The notes below the pieces were generated by a model that was given only the letters and a program-made list of their open reading frames with translations, did no database searches and was not told the DNA's origin. The position numbers and the translations under genes were made by a program. Shown here one piece after another: positions 1 to 17,533 of a DNA stretch of 64,000 bases (positions are counted from its first letter, which is position 1; each line of letters opens with the position of its first letter). The DNA comes from the human T2T-CHM13v2.0 reference genome, Homo sapiens. The stretch lies in NCBI RefSeq assembly GCF_009914755.1, contig NC_060930.1, one strand, 5' to 3'.

Positions 1-297
<297 letters not shown>

Positions 298-1338
298 TTA
301 CTAAGTTTCAAAGAGCTATTTACAGTTTCACTGGTGATGGAAGACATTTGCAATCCTCAGCACTGTCCATCAGACCTAGAAGCAATGACAATTCAGCAGC
401 AATGAGCAACTCTAGCACCAGATATGATTTCTAAATACTACTTCTTACTAAAAAGACACCAGGGACCCTTGGGAAAACATCTGAGTCATGATCTGGGACA
501 GGAGTTTTTCGATATAAGGCTAGAACATCTTATTGTGCCCCAAAGCAAAGGCACTGTGAAAGAATCCTGGGATGATGGCAAAAGAATGCAGAGGCTAACT
601 TGAAGGGGTTCTCTCTGGCCATAGTTGAGTCAGTTTTATGGAAAAAGATAATAGAGTGAAACCATCAAGTATCTAAAAATCCAATAGTTCACATAATGAT
701 AATTTAAAAACAAATCCATGGTCACCTATGGAGATTGTAAGGGCACCAACTGCTGACAGGCTGATAAATAAAAGGAAAGGATTTTATCCTGCCTTTTTCT
801 GTATAAACTGTATTTCAGTATAACTGAGTAGTTGATATGAGAAATTTCTTCTTTATAGAAGGATCACAGCTAAGAAAAAGAAATGACAGAACTAGAAAAT
901 TATCATTTTCAAGTCCTTATTGAATTAATGGATTCTGGCAATGAACTGCAATGGCTGCAAAAACCATTAGATAATAGGTTGATGAGGATCTTTATTATGG
1001 ATGGATCAGGCTGAGAACACCTAGCACTAACCCATCAGCTTAAACCTGTAAAGGTAGAAAAATCAGACATCATATTTTTCCTGATATGTTACAATCAGAA
1101 TGAATACCAAACCACCTTTAAGTCTTACCAAAATGAACCTAAATCAAACCAAGGTCTATCTATCTGTTCATAAGAAATACAGGGATAGAGAAACAAGTTA
1201 AATGACACCAGGAGAATACAACCAGTGAAATCTGGAATGTGGGAATTTCTGTAGGACAAGTGACCCAGTTTCTCTGATGAATGAATGGCATAAAAAGGGC
1301 GTGATAGTGGGGGAATGTAAAAGACTTAAGAAGCATAT

Positions 1339-1719
1339 TGTATTGGTTTGGCTGCCATAATAAAATACAACAGACTGGGTGGCTTAAACAACAACAATTT
1401 ATTTCTCACAGTTCTGGAGACTAGAAGTCTGAGCTCAATGTGACAGCAGGGTTGGGTTCAGGTGAGGGCTCTCCTTCTGGCTTATAGACGGCTGCCTTCT
1501 CATGTGTGCTCACATGGCCTTTCCTCAGCGCATGCTCGTGGACAGAGCAAGATCTCTCTCTCTTCCTCTTATAAGGCCACCAATCCTATGGGATTAAGAC
1601 CCTTATGACCTCATTTTGACCTTAATTGCCTTCTAAAAGCCCTATCTCCAAATATAGTCATGTTAGAGGTTAGGACTTCAACATATGAATTTAGCGGGGA
1701 CACAATTCAGTCCATAGCA
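1339..1719 (-). mobile_element. MLT1A-type MaLR LTR
   Basis: cagactgggtggcttaaacaac...ggggacacaattcagtccatagca. Flanks catat and tgtat are consistent with a CpG-decayed cgtat TSD. Confidence 0.8.
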
Positions 1720-1816
1720 TGTATCAGCCATATGCCATGTATGGACCTTGTTTGAATCCCACTTGTAAGAAACCAACTGTAAAAAGACATTTATGGGACA
1801 ATCAGGGAAATTGTCT

Positions 1817-2121
1817 TTGTTGTTGTTGTTGTTTGAGATAGGCTCTCATCTGTCACCCAGGCTGGAGGGTAGTGGTGTAATCATGGCTCACAGCAGTCTC
1901 AAACTCCTGGGCTCAAGTGATCCTCCTACCTCACCCTCCCAAGTTGCTGGAATTATAGGTACACACCATCAGTCCTGGCTAATTTCTTTTTTTTTTTTCT
2001 TTGTAGAAAGGCGTTCTCCCTGTGTTGCCAAGGCTAGTCTAAAACTCTTGGGCTCAAGTGATTCTCCTGCCTTAGCCTCCCAAAGTGCTGGTATTACAGG
2101 TGTGAGCCACTACACCTAGCC
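1817..2121 (-). mobile_element. AluJ
   Basis: Alu dimer; TSD atcagggaaat. Confidence 0.9.
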
Positions 2122-2375
2122 TCATCAGGGAAATGGTAACATCACCTATTGGATACTAGATGATAGTAAGGAATCATTAATTTTTTGTAGATCTAACAAA
2201 GATGTGGTTGCTTTCTTAAAATTCCTTATCTCTTAGAGATACATACAGAAGTATTTACCTTTGAAATTATATAAAGCCTGGGATTTGTTTTAAAATGACA
2301 TATTAGCGGTAGGAGTAGAGGTTGGAAAGGAGATATAGATGAAACTAGATCATCCATCTATCAATAACTATTGAA

Positions 2376-2695
2376 GGCCAGGCACTGTGGCTTACATCTC
2401 TAATCCTATCACTTTGGGAGGCCGAGGTGGGAGGATCACTTGAGCCCAGGAGTTCGAGACCAGCCTGGTCAACAAAGTGATATCCAATCTCTAAAAAATA
2501 TATATATAAAAAATTAGCTGGGCATGGTGGCTCACACCTGTAGTCCCAGCTACTTGGGAGGCTGAGCTGGGAGGATTGCTTGAGCCCTGGGAAGTCAAGG
2601 CTGCAGTGAGCTGTGATTGCACCACTGCACTCTAGCCTGGGCAACAGAATGAGAACCTGTCTCAAAAAAACAAAACAAAACAAAACAAAAAAAAA
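2376..2695 (+). mobile_element. AluJ
   Basis: ggaggatcacttgagcccaggagttcgag; (CAAAA)n tail. Confidence 0.9.
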
Positions 2696-2700
2696 CAATG

Positions 2701-3613
<913 letters not shown>

Positions 3614-4000
3614 CAATTGAAACTGGGTTATGGGCACTTGGGGCTCTACTTCACTATTCTCTCTACATTTGTATATGTTTGAAATTTTTCATTATAGTAA
3701 AAAATCTTTTTAATGCAAGAAGGAGTGGAAGGGAGAAATACTCAAGAAGTATTTCGACCATACACAATGTATAGCTCTTGTTAAACCCCAATTAAAGCAC
3801 ACCAATTGATAAAAAGACTTTTTGAACAAATGTAACAAATTGACCGTGATCTGTGTTGGATGATATTATAAGTTACTGTTAATTTTGTTAGGTATAATTG
3901 TGCATGGGTCTTTTTTTTTTTTTGAGGCCCTGTCTGTTAGAGATACGTATCAAAGCATTTAAAAGCATTTATATATGCTGGGATTTGCTTTAAAATACTG

Positions 4001-4003
<3 letters not shown>

Positions 4004-4038
<35 letters not shown>
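4004..4038. repeat. (CA)n microsatellite
   Basis: Read directly. Confidence 0.97.
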
Positions 4039-4040
<2 letters not shown>

Positions 4041-4551
4041 CGAAACAAGGAGGATAGATGAAACGTGATTGGCAGAATGTTGATAATTGTTAAAATTGGT
4101 CAACAGATTGGTGGAGTTTCATTACATTATCATCTGAAATTTTCTATCATAAACCACTTAAAATAAATATTCATGAGACCATCATGTTCCAACCCAACAA
4201 TGACAGGAAGAATTCATACATCCTCTTCCAAGTATCCTTGGAAGATTAATGTTTTCATGATAAAAATTTTAAAATACTTTTGTACAGCTCTGATTCGTAG
4301 CTTCCTTTTTCCTAGTCAGCAAGCAATTTCGCATTAGGATATGACTCAAGGACATACGGTTCATTGCAATGATCATCAAATCACATAGTGGGAAGAACAC
4401 TGTAAAAAAAAAAAAAAATTCCCTTCCTACGGCAGAGTGTGCCATTCAGTTTTCTGCAACTGAAACCCTGTTTTGAGATTTGCCTTCCAAAGACCTTGAT
4501 AGTGTACCACATTGTCATATGCATCCTGTAACAAAAGAGAAAAATATATTG

Positions 4552-4912
<361 letters not shown>

Positions 4913-6338
4913 GTATATAAAACGACCAGAACCAAAGTTGTTATTTTGGATCTTTGATTTTTTTTTCCTTGAGAATAATGGAAGCCTTTTTATCTAATAA
5001 TAAATGCACTCTTGAAGGTTGAAGCATTTTAATTATTTTTAATTATTTATTTTCATTATTTTAAGCATAGGCATTTTCAGGAATCTCATAGTCCATATGG
5101 AAATATGCAAATGAAAAAATCATTTAAAAATTTCACTCCAGCCAGGGCTGGGTCAGAGAGCATGTTGAAGTGGACAGAAAGAGTCGCTCATCTGCCTGGT
5201 GCCCCTGATAATTCATAGGTGGTGCTCAGTGGGCTTGAAAGACGGGACTAAGCAGAATTGTTTCTAAGTGGAAGTGGGAATCAGGGTGCGTGAATTTTTT
5301 GGTAGAGAACCTCTGGGCTCCCTGATTTAACATTTCAGTCCGCTATTCCACTCCTCCAACTGCCTTCTGTTCTGAGAGGTGTGGGCTGAGCCCGGCGAGA
5401 GCCCAGGTCCCATGTCAACTCATCTGGGCTGCAGGAAAAGGCTGCCTGTGCTCTGGGCCCTCCAGACTTGACAGCTGCGACCCTGAGCCGGTGTTTGACA
5501 AACAGACCAGGCAGATGCCACACAGTGCCCTGCAGTGTCTCTACCAAGTGACACAAAAAACTAAACCATTCTAGGAAGGAGGAGCAGGTCAGTCAGTCAG
5601 CTTCTAAAAATACCCAAATAGGAGCATAGAAACATCCCATCACCCCATGTCAATCAAGAGAAAGTCACAGAAGAATATGTTTGCCAGAAAAAAAAAAAAA
5701 AAGGCAGCAGGAGCTGGTAGGAGAGCCCCGAGATGAAGAAAACTTGTATGAGGGTCATTTAAATGCTGGTAGGATGGCCTTTAGAGGCAGCTGCTTGGAG
5801 AGTCTCATAAATGGCCTTTGGGTAGTGGTAGCATTTGCATCAGGCCACAAGGCCCTGCCGCTAGCTGGCCAGGCTCAGGGAGGACTGCGGGCTCTGAGCG
5901 TGCTATGGGCCTCAGGCCATGCTGTGGAAAGTCAGCAAGATCACAGAGGAGCTGAGCCAGCAGGATTTTCCAGAAATCACCTAGGGCAAGAAGAACAGAG
6001 CAAATTATATGTGGGTGGTTGGAGCCCAGAACCGGAAACTGTAACAGCAAACTTTTTTCTGCACCTCTGTACCAAAAACAGCCGGAGATGTGGACAAGGA
6101 CCACTTTTGGGAGTGGGGAGCACGATCTATTTAAGCAGCATCCCATATACTGGCTCCTGTAGAGGGAGGCCCACTTAAGAGGAAATGTAAACACAAACAT
6201 CCTGGGACAGCCTTAGGTGCCCATGCAGTCTAGTGTCGCACTCCCAGGCTGGGCCCTTCAGATAAGCAGTGGTGGTCTCTGTAGCCCCTCAACTCTCCGT
6301 CCATTCCAGCCCAGTTGCACTGTCTCTTTTCTCATGGC

Positions 6339-6992
<654 letters not shown>

Positions 6993-7392
6993 CAGGTCTT
7001 CCCCTGCCTTATCCTTCCTTGTCACCCAGGTTTCTAGACATGCCTGCCTCCTAGCCAGGGAGTGCTGGCCTCAGGCTTCTGAAGAGCATCATGCTTCCAG
7101 AAAGCTGAAAAATAAATTATACCTCCCTGACACATGCTCACTCCTCCTGCATCACCATGACAAATTCCCTCCAAAATCACCACACTGCCTTTTCTCTTCT
7201 CTTCCCCGGATAAAACTACATTCCCCATAATGATTAGACGAGAAACAAACACCCATTTTTCCTTTAGGAAACCCTCCTAACTTATGAACCAGAGCAAAGA
7301 CCCATGCAGGACAAAAAGGAATCTTCTACAATGTGTAGATCAGATGATCTTCAGTTTGTACTTCATATTTGTGGTTTAGAATTTACAAAGAC

Positions 7393-7671
7393 CAGCTAGG
7401 CATGGTGGCTCACACCTATAATTCCAGCACTTTGGGAGGCTGAGGCAGGCAGATCACTTGAGGACAGGGGTTCAACACCAGCCTGTCCAACATGGTGAAA
7501 CCCCGTCTCTACTAAAAGTACAAAAATTAGCCAGGCGTGGTGGCGGATGCCTGTAATCCTAGCTACTCGGGAGGCTGAGGCAAGAGAATCACTTGAACCC
7601 AGTAAGCTGAGATCGTGCTACTGCACTCCAGCCTGGGCGTTGGAGTGAGACCCTGTCTCAAAACAAAACAA
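7393..7671 (+). mobile_element. AluS
   Basis: Alu dimer with a right-arm deletion. Confidence 0.85.
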
Positions 7672-7689
7672 ATATTTACAAAGACCTTT

Positions 7690-8070
7690 CCTACACATGA
7701 TCACATTTTGGTCTGACAACCACTAAGTGAGACAAGCATTACTAATCCCATGTAGATGTTTAGACTCGAAGAGTTTAAGAGTTTAAGTAATAGTTCCAAG
7801 GTCACCCATCTACTCAATGGCAGAGCTGGGATTCTAACCTTATCATATAATTCTGAGTAAAACCCTTCCTCCAATAAAATAATAATAAGAACTACCTGTT
7901 TTGAGCATTTACTATGTGCCATGCCCTATGCTATGTACTTTACACACTTAAATTTAGTTAACCCTCAGGAAAACCCTATAAGATAAGGTTGTGCTATTAT
8001 GATGCCCATCTTAGGGATGAGGAAAACTGAGGCACAAGGAGGTTAAGCAATTGCTGAGGTCATGCAGCCA
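7690..8070. mobile_element. MIR fragments
   Basis: ccaaggtcacc...ggcagagctgggatt; gatgaggaaaactgaggcaca. Confidence 0.65.
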
Positions 8071-8324
8071 TACCACTCTATCCTATAGCTTCCTAAATTT
8101 TTGCTAGTCCTACTTCACTGCAAACCGCAAACTCAGGCTAGGAAACAAAATAATAAGCACCCCTATAGAAAATTTGGAAAGTACAGAGTCAACAGTTAAG
8201 ACCCTGGCAAGAGGGGCTCATTTGCAAGCTCAGACCTAAAACAGCAAGCTGCAGGTGTTGGCTACTAAATCCGTGTAAACAGGCATCACCAACTTATTTT
8301 AAGCCTCAGTGAAAAGGTTAGTCA

Positions 8325-8770
8325 CAGTATCAGCCAGAGCCGGGCAGGAAACAGATGGCACACTCCAAATTGCTTAACTGAAAAAAAAAAAAAAAATGTA
8401 ATGAGGGGACTATTTACGGAAGTGCAGGCAGGATGAAAGGACTGACTCTACCAGGGGCGGTGTGGCACCAGGGGCGGTGTGGCACCAGAGAAAACAAACG
8501 CTGGGAGTGGTTACCCCCCTAGCACTGCAGGGGCAAAGGGACAGAATATGGTACCGCAGCCCAGTGACCGCCAGAGCTGGGAGAGGGACTGCTTCCCAGG
8601 AGCTGTGGGACAAAGCCACTGCCAGGGCGGCCTTCCTCCCTTCCATCCCCGCCAGGTGCCCCCATTAGCCAGGAATGCCCAGAAGCTGTCAGGCAAAGAG
8701 CTTTGGTGAAGCTGTCCCTAGAGATGCATCTCCTGGGCCACACAGTCAGGGTAGAGAGAGGTGGAGAATG
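8325..8770. mobile_element. Ancient ERVL-class LTR (LTR33-like)
   Basis: caggaaacagatggcacactc...gggactatttac motif. Confidence 0.4.
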
Positions 8771-8901
8771 AATGGGGATGACCCCTCTCATCCTGACCCT
8801 GCCCACACAAGGGCTTTAGCCAAAGCCACACAGCATTTGAGCACTAGTTGCTTCAGCACCAATGTGCTCTGGCTCATGTTTTCTCTAAAAATGCAACTGT
8901 G

Positions 8902-9186
<285 letters not shown>

Positions 9187-9354
9187 GCAACTGTGTTAAG
9201 CACACCAAACATTAAAAGGAGCACCAATATCTTTTCCCAGAGGCTGTGCCGTCTTCCCTTTCTTGTGGCATTCAATCAGTGACTGCAGGGCCTTACTGCC
9301 TGGCCTCATATATTAAACAGGACTTCCTTCTTGGTTCCTCCACTTTGATAAAGA

Positions 9355-10222
9355 ATGGGTTGGTTCCTCAAAAAATAATCATAGGACTGCCATATGATCC
9401 AGCATTCCTACTTCTGGGTATATATCCACAAAAAGTGAAATCAGCGTGTGGAAGAGATATCTGTACCTTTGTGTTCGTTGCAGCATTAGTCACGCAGTAG
9501 CCAAGATGTAGAAACAATCTAAGTGCCTATTAGCAGAGGGATGGTTAAACAAAATGGGACACACACACATTATATATATATATATGTATATATGTACATA
9601 TACACGTATATACACATATATACGTACATATATATGTGTATACATACATATATATGTACATATATATGTGTATACATACATATATATGTACATATATATG
9701 TGTATATACGTGTATATGTACATATATACACGTATATATGTATTCTTCATTGATAAAAAGGAGGAAATCCTGTTATTTATAACATAGATGAGAACATTAT
9801 GCTAAATGAAATAAGCCAGACACAGAAAGACAAATATTGCATGACCTCACTTATTTGTGGAATCTAAAAATGTCAAACTCATAGTAGAATGGGGTTTGGG
9901 GGGCTGGGAAGTCAGGGGAAATGGGGACATGGTCAAAGGATACAAACCTGAGTTGTAAGAGGAATCAGTTCTGAGGCTCTAATGCACAGCCTGGTGGTTA
10001 TATTTAATAATCGTGTATTATATACTTGAAATTTGCTAAGAGAGCAAATGGAGTGTTTTCATCACACAAGAAACGAAACAGTAACTATATAAGGTGACAT
10101 TTGTGTTGATTAACTTGATGCTAGTAGTCATTTCAGAATATATATTTATATCAAATTACCGTGTTGTATGCCTTTAATTTCTATTTTTTATTTGTCAATT
10201 ATATTTCAATAAAGCCAAGGGA
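9355..10222 (+). mobile_element. L1MA/L1MB 3' end with an internal TA-rich microsatellite
   Basis: ccatatgatccagca...gaaataagccagacacagaaagacaaata...tcaataaagc. Confidence 0.8.
9563..9742. repeat. Compound (TA/CA/TG)n alternating purine-pyrimidine repeat
   Basis: Read directly. Confidence 0.95.
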
Positions 10223-11423
10223 AAGAAATCCCCTCCCCCAAAAGAAAGATGAGTTGAAGCAAGATCTGAGAGCTGTATTTCTCTTCTGCATCTGTCTTTT
10301 TACTTTTAGCTTCTCTCACTTTTCTTTTTTTTAAAAAAATGTAATTCAAGAGGAAGGCAGCAACAAAGAGCAAATCAATTTCCAGCCTGGCTGTGCTTAC
10401 ACAGTCCTGGAGCAGACAGTGTGTAGTTGTCAATGTAGGCAGAGGTGACAACTTCTGCACCAACACCTCTGATAGGGAGTTGTGTCTGCCTGCCAAGCAT
10501 TTAGAGTGGGAAAGGAGGAAAGGAGAGGGCGGGAAACGCACGCACAGCTCAGGCTGTCACCATGGAAGGGGGAGAGGAAGGGCTTTCTCCTGATAATCAG
10601 GAAAACAGAGAGAGTAGAGGTAAGCAAGCTTGAAAACAAAAAGCAACCTCCAGGGCCCCAAAACAATACAGGCAATGCAGGGCCTGCTTATGGCCAAACC
10701 GTGAGGCCCGCAGCAACCTGGGGCGGCCCTCCCAGCCTGCTGGGCCATTTAGGAGACCCAGAATCTCAAAGCCCAGGTGACAACTGCTTTGTAATGTTTG
10801 GGCAGGCGAGGGAGGGGGGCTGACTGGAAGAGGAATTTATATATATAGTTAGCAATAAAAATGGGTTTTATTTAACTTGAATGGGATTGAGGAGGGAGGG
10901 CTTTCCTGCTTCCTGTATCACCTGTCAGTCAGCTTCATCTCCCAAGGCACCTTTAACATCAAAATCCTGATACTGTTTGACAAGAACTGCTCTCAAGTGA
11001 AGAACGATTTCACGAAATGCCAAATCAGGATGAGAGGCCCATATTTAAAGACTAGCGTGTCCCCAAAACACTGTAGTATGGGAAAAGGTGGGATGAGGAA
11101 TTGTAAATGGCCAAATCCTTGTTTCTTAGCCTTGTCTTTGGGGTCCCACATGTTTTTCCTTACTCACTGTTTTCACAAAGCATCCATGGTAACAACCAGG
11201 GACTCAGTAGAGAGAGAAGTCAAAAGGATCACCGTAAAAATGCCCAGTGGGGTCATAGGTCTGGCCCGTTCCGCCTCTAGTTTCACTCTGCTAGTGGCAC
11301 ACTCTTCAACTTGGTTGCTCACTCAGGCCCCAAACCACAAAGTCATCTTGGATTCTTCCCTTTCCTCACCATTCCGCATCCAAGTCATCAGATTTGTCTT
11401 AAAAGTCAAATAAAAAATATTTA

Positions 11424-12069
<646 letters not shown>

Positions 12070-13110
12070 GATACTGGGGGATTGCAGGCATGAAGGCCTC
12101 ACAGTCAAAGAGTTTCCAATCTTATCAGAGGAGACAATAATAAGCACATAAATAAATAAAACTGCCTCAGATTGTATGTAAGCCTGCTCTTATCTGTTAG
12201 GTAAAAGAAACTGGCTTAATTCTAGCTATGGAAACGACTTACAAGGGGTTATGCTTAGTGGTTCAAAAATGTCAACAAGGACTGGAGTTCATTCCACCTC
12301 TCTTGTTTTGCTGTATCCTAAGATTAGAAGCAAGGTGGCTGCAGCAGCTCCAGGCATCCATTCAGGTATAACCAGGGCCAGAGGGAGAAGAGGCCTTTCC
12401 TTCCTGCGACTCCCCAAGGAGAGAGGGACTGTTCGCGAAAAGATCTCACAGACTTCTTTCATGTCTCCTTAACTAGAATTGGGTCACTTGCGCATCCCAG
12501 AACCAAAAACTGGCAGAGGGAATCAAATTAACTTTTGATCAAACAGGATGGAGTCTCTGCCCCAAGGAGGTATGTAGGAAGATGAAATCTGACCAGAATT
12601 AGGGTTCCTTTAAGGAGGAAGAAGAGGGAAACAAATTCTGGGTTGGCAGCCAACCGTATTGACAACACTAAGAGGGCATTTAAAAACCCAGTAGGGTAGT
12701 GAGACAGAGGGCTCGGGAAAGGCTGCCCTAGATCTTGTCCCCATTGCCACTGCCCGGGGCTATGGCAGGAGCCCCCTGGCTGGTCTTCCAGCTACTAGCC
12801 TGCTCTCTCCTGCTCTCTCTCACCCCCTGCACCCATTTTCCACACCCTCCCACTGGATCTGCCTAAAATGCAAATCTCCTCACGTTATTTTCTTGCTTAA
12901 AATGCTCCTGTAGCGTTACTTCATGTGGAATAAAAAGGCAAACTTTCTAGCAAGAGATGATAATTTAGTACTTCCCACATGCAGGGCACGATTCTAAGCA
13001 CTGTCTACTGTGTTATTTAACTTACCTCTCAGAACAGCACTCCCATGGAAATCCTATTCTAGCCCCATTATACGAGAGGCAGTCGTGCACTGGGATGTTC
13101 ATCTTGTCCG

Positions 13111-13910
<800 letters not shown>

Positions 13911-14300
13911 ACTCCTCAGCTCATATGGCAAGAAAGGAGTGGAACCAAGCTTTGAACTCAGCCTCTGCAGGCTCTGCAGCTCCCAGAAGGAGCCATGGGA
14001 GTTGGCTTGCTGCACCCTCTCCCAACCTGGTTGTTTTGTCTTCCACCTGGAAAGCCTTTCTTGCATATCCCAGCTCCTCCCAGGGCTGATTCCCACTTGC
14101 CCTTAGGACTCAGCTCAAAGTGATCTCTTTTAGGAAGCCTGCCATGGTTATCCCTTTACCCTTCAGCTGGACTGTCTGTCTCTCCTCCAGGCTCCCAGGT
14201 CACCAGAGCTTCCTAACTTATAACTTATATTATATATCACTTATACCTAACTTCAAATGGGAATGGGCTTCCCACAGAGTGCCTAGAACTCAGGAAATAC

Positions 14301-14370
14301 TGGTTAGTTGGTGGGTTGGTGGGTGGGTTGGTTGGTTGATTGGTTGGTTGGTTAGTTGGTTGGTTGGTTG
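14301..14370. repeat. (GGTT)n-type tetranucleotide repeat
   Basis: Read directly. Confidence 0.92.
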
Positions 14371-15534
14371 AATGAATGAATGATTGAGCTGAGGGTAAGA
14401 CATTTGAAAGGGGAGACATGATAACAGCTAATAGACATTAGGGAAGGATTTTTTGGCAATTGTCTTTTGAAAACTGTTCTAGGGTGGAGGTACATTTCAG
14501 GGTATAGAATGACTTGTACTTTCAGGAACCAAAAGGGATCCAGGTGGGGCCCCCAGTAAGGAACCAGTAAGTTGACATCTCAGGCTGCTCAGGCTGAGTT
14601 TTTCAACTCAATTACCAGGTGAGAAAGAAAGCAAGTTTAAGGGCAGGAGCTAGGTTTCAGAATAAAGAGTGAGTACCTGGTGGTGGTGTGTCTCTTGGGA
14701 CAGGTGAGTGATAGACCAGGCACGATTTCAGAACCTAGAAAGACAAGCCGTTAGCCACTCCCCACCTTGGGAACTTTCAATTCATTAGAGCTTAGAGCTT
14801 GAAGCCTACATTACATACACACACATGCACGCATACACTCACGCATGCACACACATTGAAGCAAAAAGAAATTAAGTTCACTGCCACAATCATAGAAGTA
14901 GTCAGTGGCAGAACCAGGCTGTGAACCCAAACTGGCTGAGTTCAGCTCTGTATGCTTACCATTGCCTGTCACTGCCTGTCAAGCTGCCTGTCAAATACCA
15001 GTTGTATTCTGACCACACTGCCTGTCAAATACCAGTTGTGTTTTATTTTTTTATTTCAGATTCAGGAGGTACATGTGCTTGTTCATTACATGGGTATTAC
15101 ATGCATAATGGTGGGAGTTGGGTTTCTAGTGTCTTCATCACCCACATATTGGACATTTTACCCAGTAGGTAATTTTTCAACCCAGCCTCCCATCCCGTTG
15201 GAGTCCCCAGAGTCTATTTTCTCCATCTTTATGTTCATGTGTACCACCAATTACGTTTTATTTTTAAAATAAAGCAATTATCTGGGGATTTTGGAGCCTG
15301 ACCTAGTTGACATAAAGCCCACAGAAAGAAATAAAGTCAAGGAGAAGACAGAGGAAGAAGGAGTGAGTACTCTCTGCAAAGAACATGTCTCAAAACCAGA
15401 AATCAGAAGGCCCAGGGTATCAGGCCGGTCCTTCATGCTCTAAGTGGATTTCCCTCTTAAACTCCGCAATGACCATTCAGTGAGTGTTAGAGTTTTGACC
15501 GGATGGAAAGGATTCTTATATGTAAAAAAAAATT

Positions 15535-15813
<279 letters not shown>

Positions 15814-17257
15814 TTACGTTATAATTCTATCTCATTAGGTCCTGCAAACGAGAGGCAGGATGAGTTCTCACCCAAAAGAGCACATTTATGTCAACTCTGG
15901 AGTTCACCAATGCATTGAATAAATCGATGCTCCTTAAAGGCTCACCTAATATTCTGAATTATGTTTTTATCAAAATAAATATAAAACACTCCTGCGCTAG
16001 GAAAGCTAAAGTGCCGACATATATTGATACAAACCAGGGCTCTCTCAAGCAAACCGAGTACACTTCTGTTGGATCATAGAGGGACTAGGGCTTTAATTCT
16101 TATTTTCCCCAAAGAGGTATTTATATGCACCACAGGTGGAGAGTGGCAAAGGTGCAGGGGCCAGGAGAGGCCTTGGAGGAGCAGGGAGCAGCCCGACGTG
16201 GCTGGCATGGTTGGGGCTGGGCAGGAGAAGAGGCTGATGATCCAACAAGGCTGTGCATGCCCAGATAAGGAGCTTGGACATCTCTCACAGGAAATCCGGA
16301 GCCCTTGAAGGTCAGGGCAATGCAAGGACCCTTGGCCCTTCCAGCTGCCAACAGTAGATGCAAAGCAAAGTCATGGAATGATGAGAAAGTGCAGAGTAAG
16401 TGAGCTCAGTCTCCACTGCTCAGTCACTGCTCAGCTCTGAGAGGCAGGGTTTGTCACCTCACTTCTGGAGTCTCAGGTACCTGGTGAAGTGCCATAAAGG
16501 CAGGGATGTCAATCAACTATTTAGCTGCCAGTGAAAAATAAGACATTCTCAAACATGAAACATATAGTAATATGTAAAGGTACATCATGTATGTGATACA
16601 CACTAACCTTGCAGACTTACTTAAAACAATCATGAATCATGTTCTGTATTCTCCATTCCTTCATCTGATAATAGTAATTCTTGGTAATGAGAAAAATACC
16701 CAGGCAGGTAATCAATTCAATGGCTGTCAGTTGTGTTTTCAATTTTCACTAGACTCTGCCCAGCCTATTTAAGGCACTTCAAAAATTAAATCTTTTCCTG
16801 AAAAGGTGAATTTTCAGTAAAGAACCAAATAAACTTTCAAATTGTATTATCTGAACATTATTGTTACGGCAGCTGGAATTCTTGATAAAAATTCCAGGAA
16901 ACCTAGTTGTGAGGAGAAATGAATACTGCACATTGGGAGATAACCTGGATCACTGTGAATCACTCTGGACTTTAAAAAAAAAAAATCCTGATGATCCATC
17001 ACATTCCAGGCCATTTATATGCAAGCCAGTTGGCTCAGCATCTCTGGGGGAGGACCTGGGCATCAGTACTTATTTCCTAAAACTCCCAGGTGTCTTCAGT
17101 GAGCAGGTGGCAACCAAGCTGAATATAGAATCACCTGGAGATTTTTTTACACTACTGACATCTGCCTGCACACCCCCAGCCCACCCCCTGCCCCCGCCGC
17201 CCCTGCACACACCACACCAGAGATTCTGATCCAGTTGATCTGAACAGGGACCTGGCT

Positions 17258-17533
17258 TTTCTTTTTTTTCTTTTTTCTTTTTTTTTTTTTTTTTTTAAGA
17301 CAGAGTCTCACTCTGTCACCCCAGCTGGAGTGCGGTGGCCCAATCACAGCTCACTGCAGCCTTGACTTCCCTGGATTCAGGCGATCCTCCCACCTCAGTC
17401 TCCTGAGGAGCTGGGACCACAGGCGTGCACCACCACATCCGGCTAATTTTTGTATTTTTTGTAGAGATGGAGTTTCATCATGTTGCCCAGGCTGGCTTTG
17501 ATCTCCTGGGCTCAAGCGATCTGCTTGCCTTGG
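17258..17533 (-). mobile_element. AluJ
   Basis: T-tail; cagctcactgcagccttgac. Confidence 0.85.

Noticed and set aside
5105-5112. Octamer ATGCAAAT and similar isolated TF motifs elsewhere
   Set aside because: 8-mers occur by chance in 64 kb and there is no supporting context.
5681-6200. Overlapping 165-aa and 131-aa ORFs
   Set aside because: No recognisable homology; the 165-aa ORF starts at TTG and runs through a poly-A tract.
9490-9787. Tyr/Ile-rich ORFs
   Set aside because: Translation of a TA/CA microsatellite.
10877-11413. 178-aa ORF
   Set aside because: Non-ATG start, no recognisable domain or exon boundaries; treated as chance.
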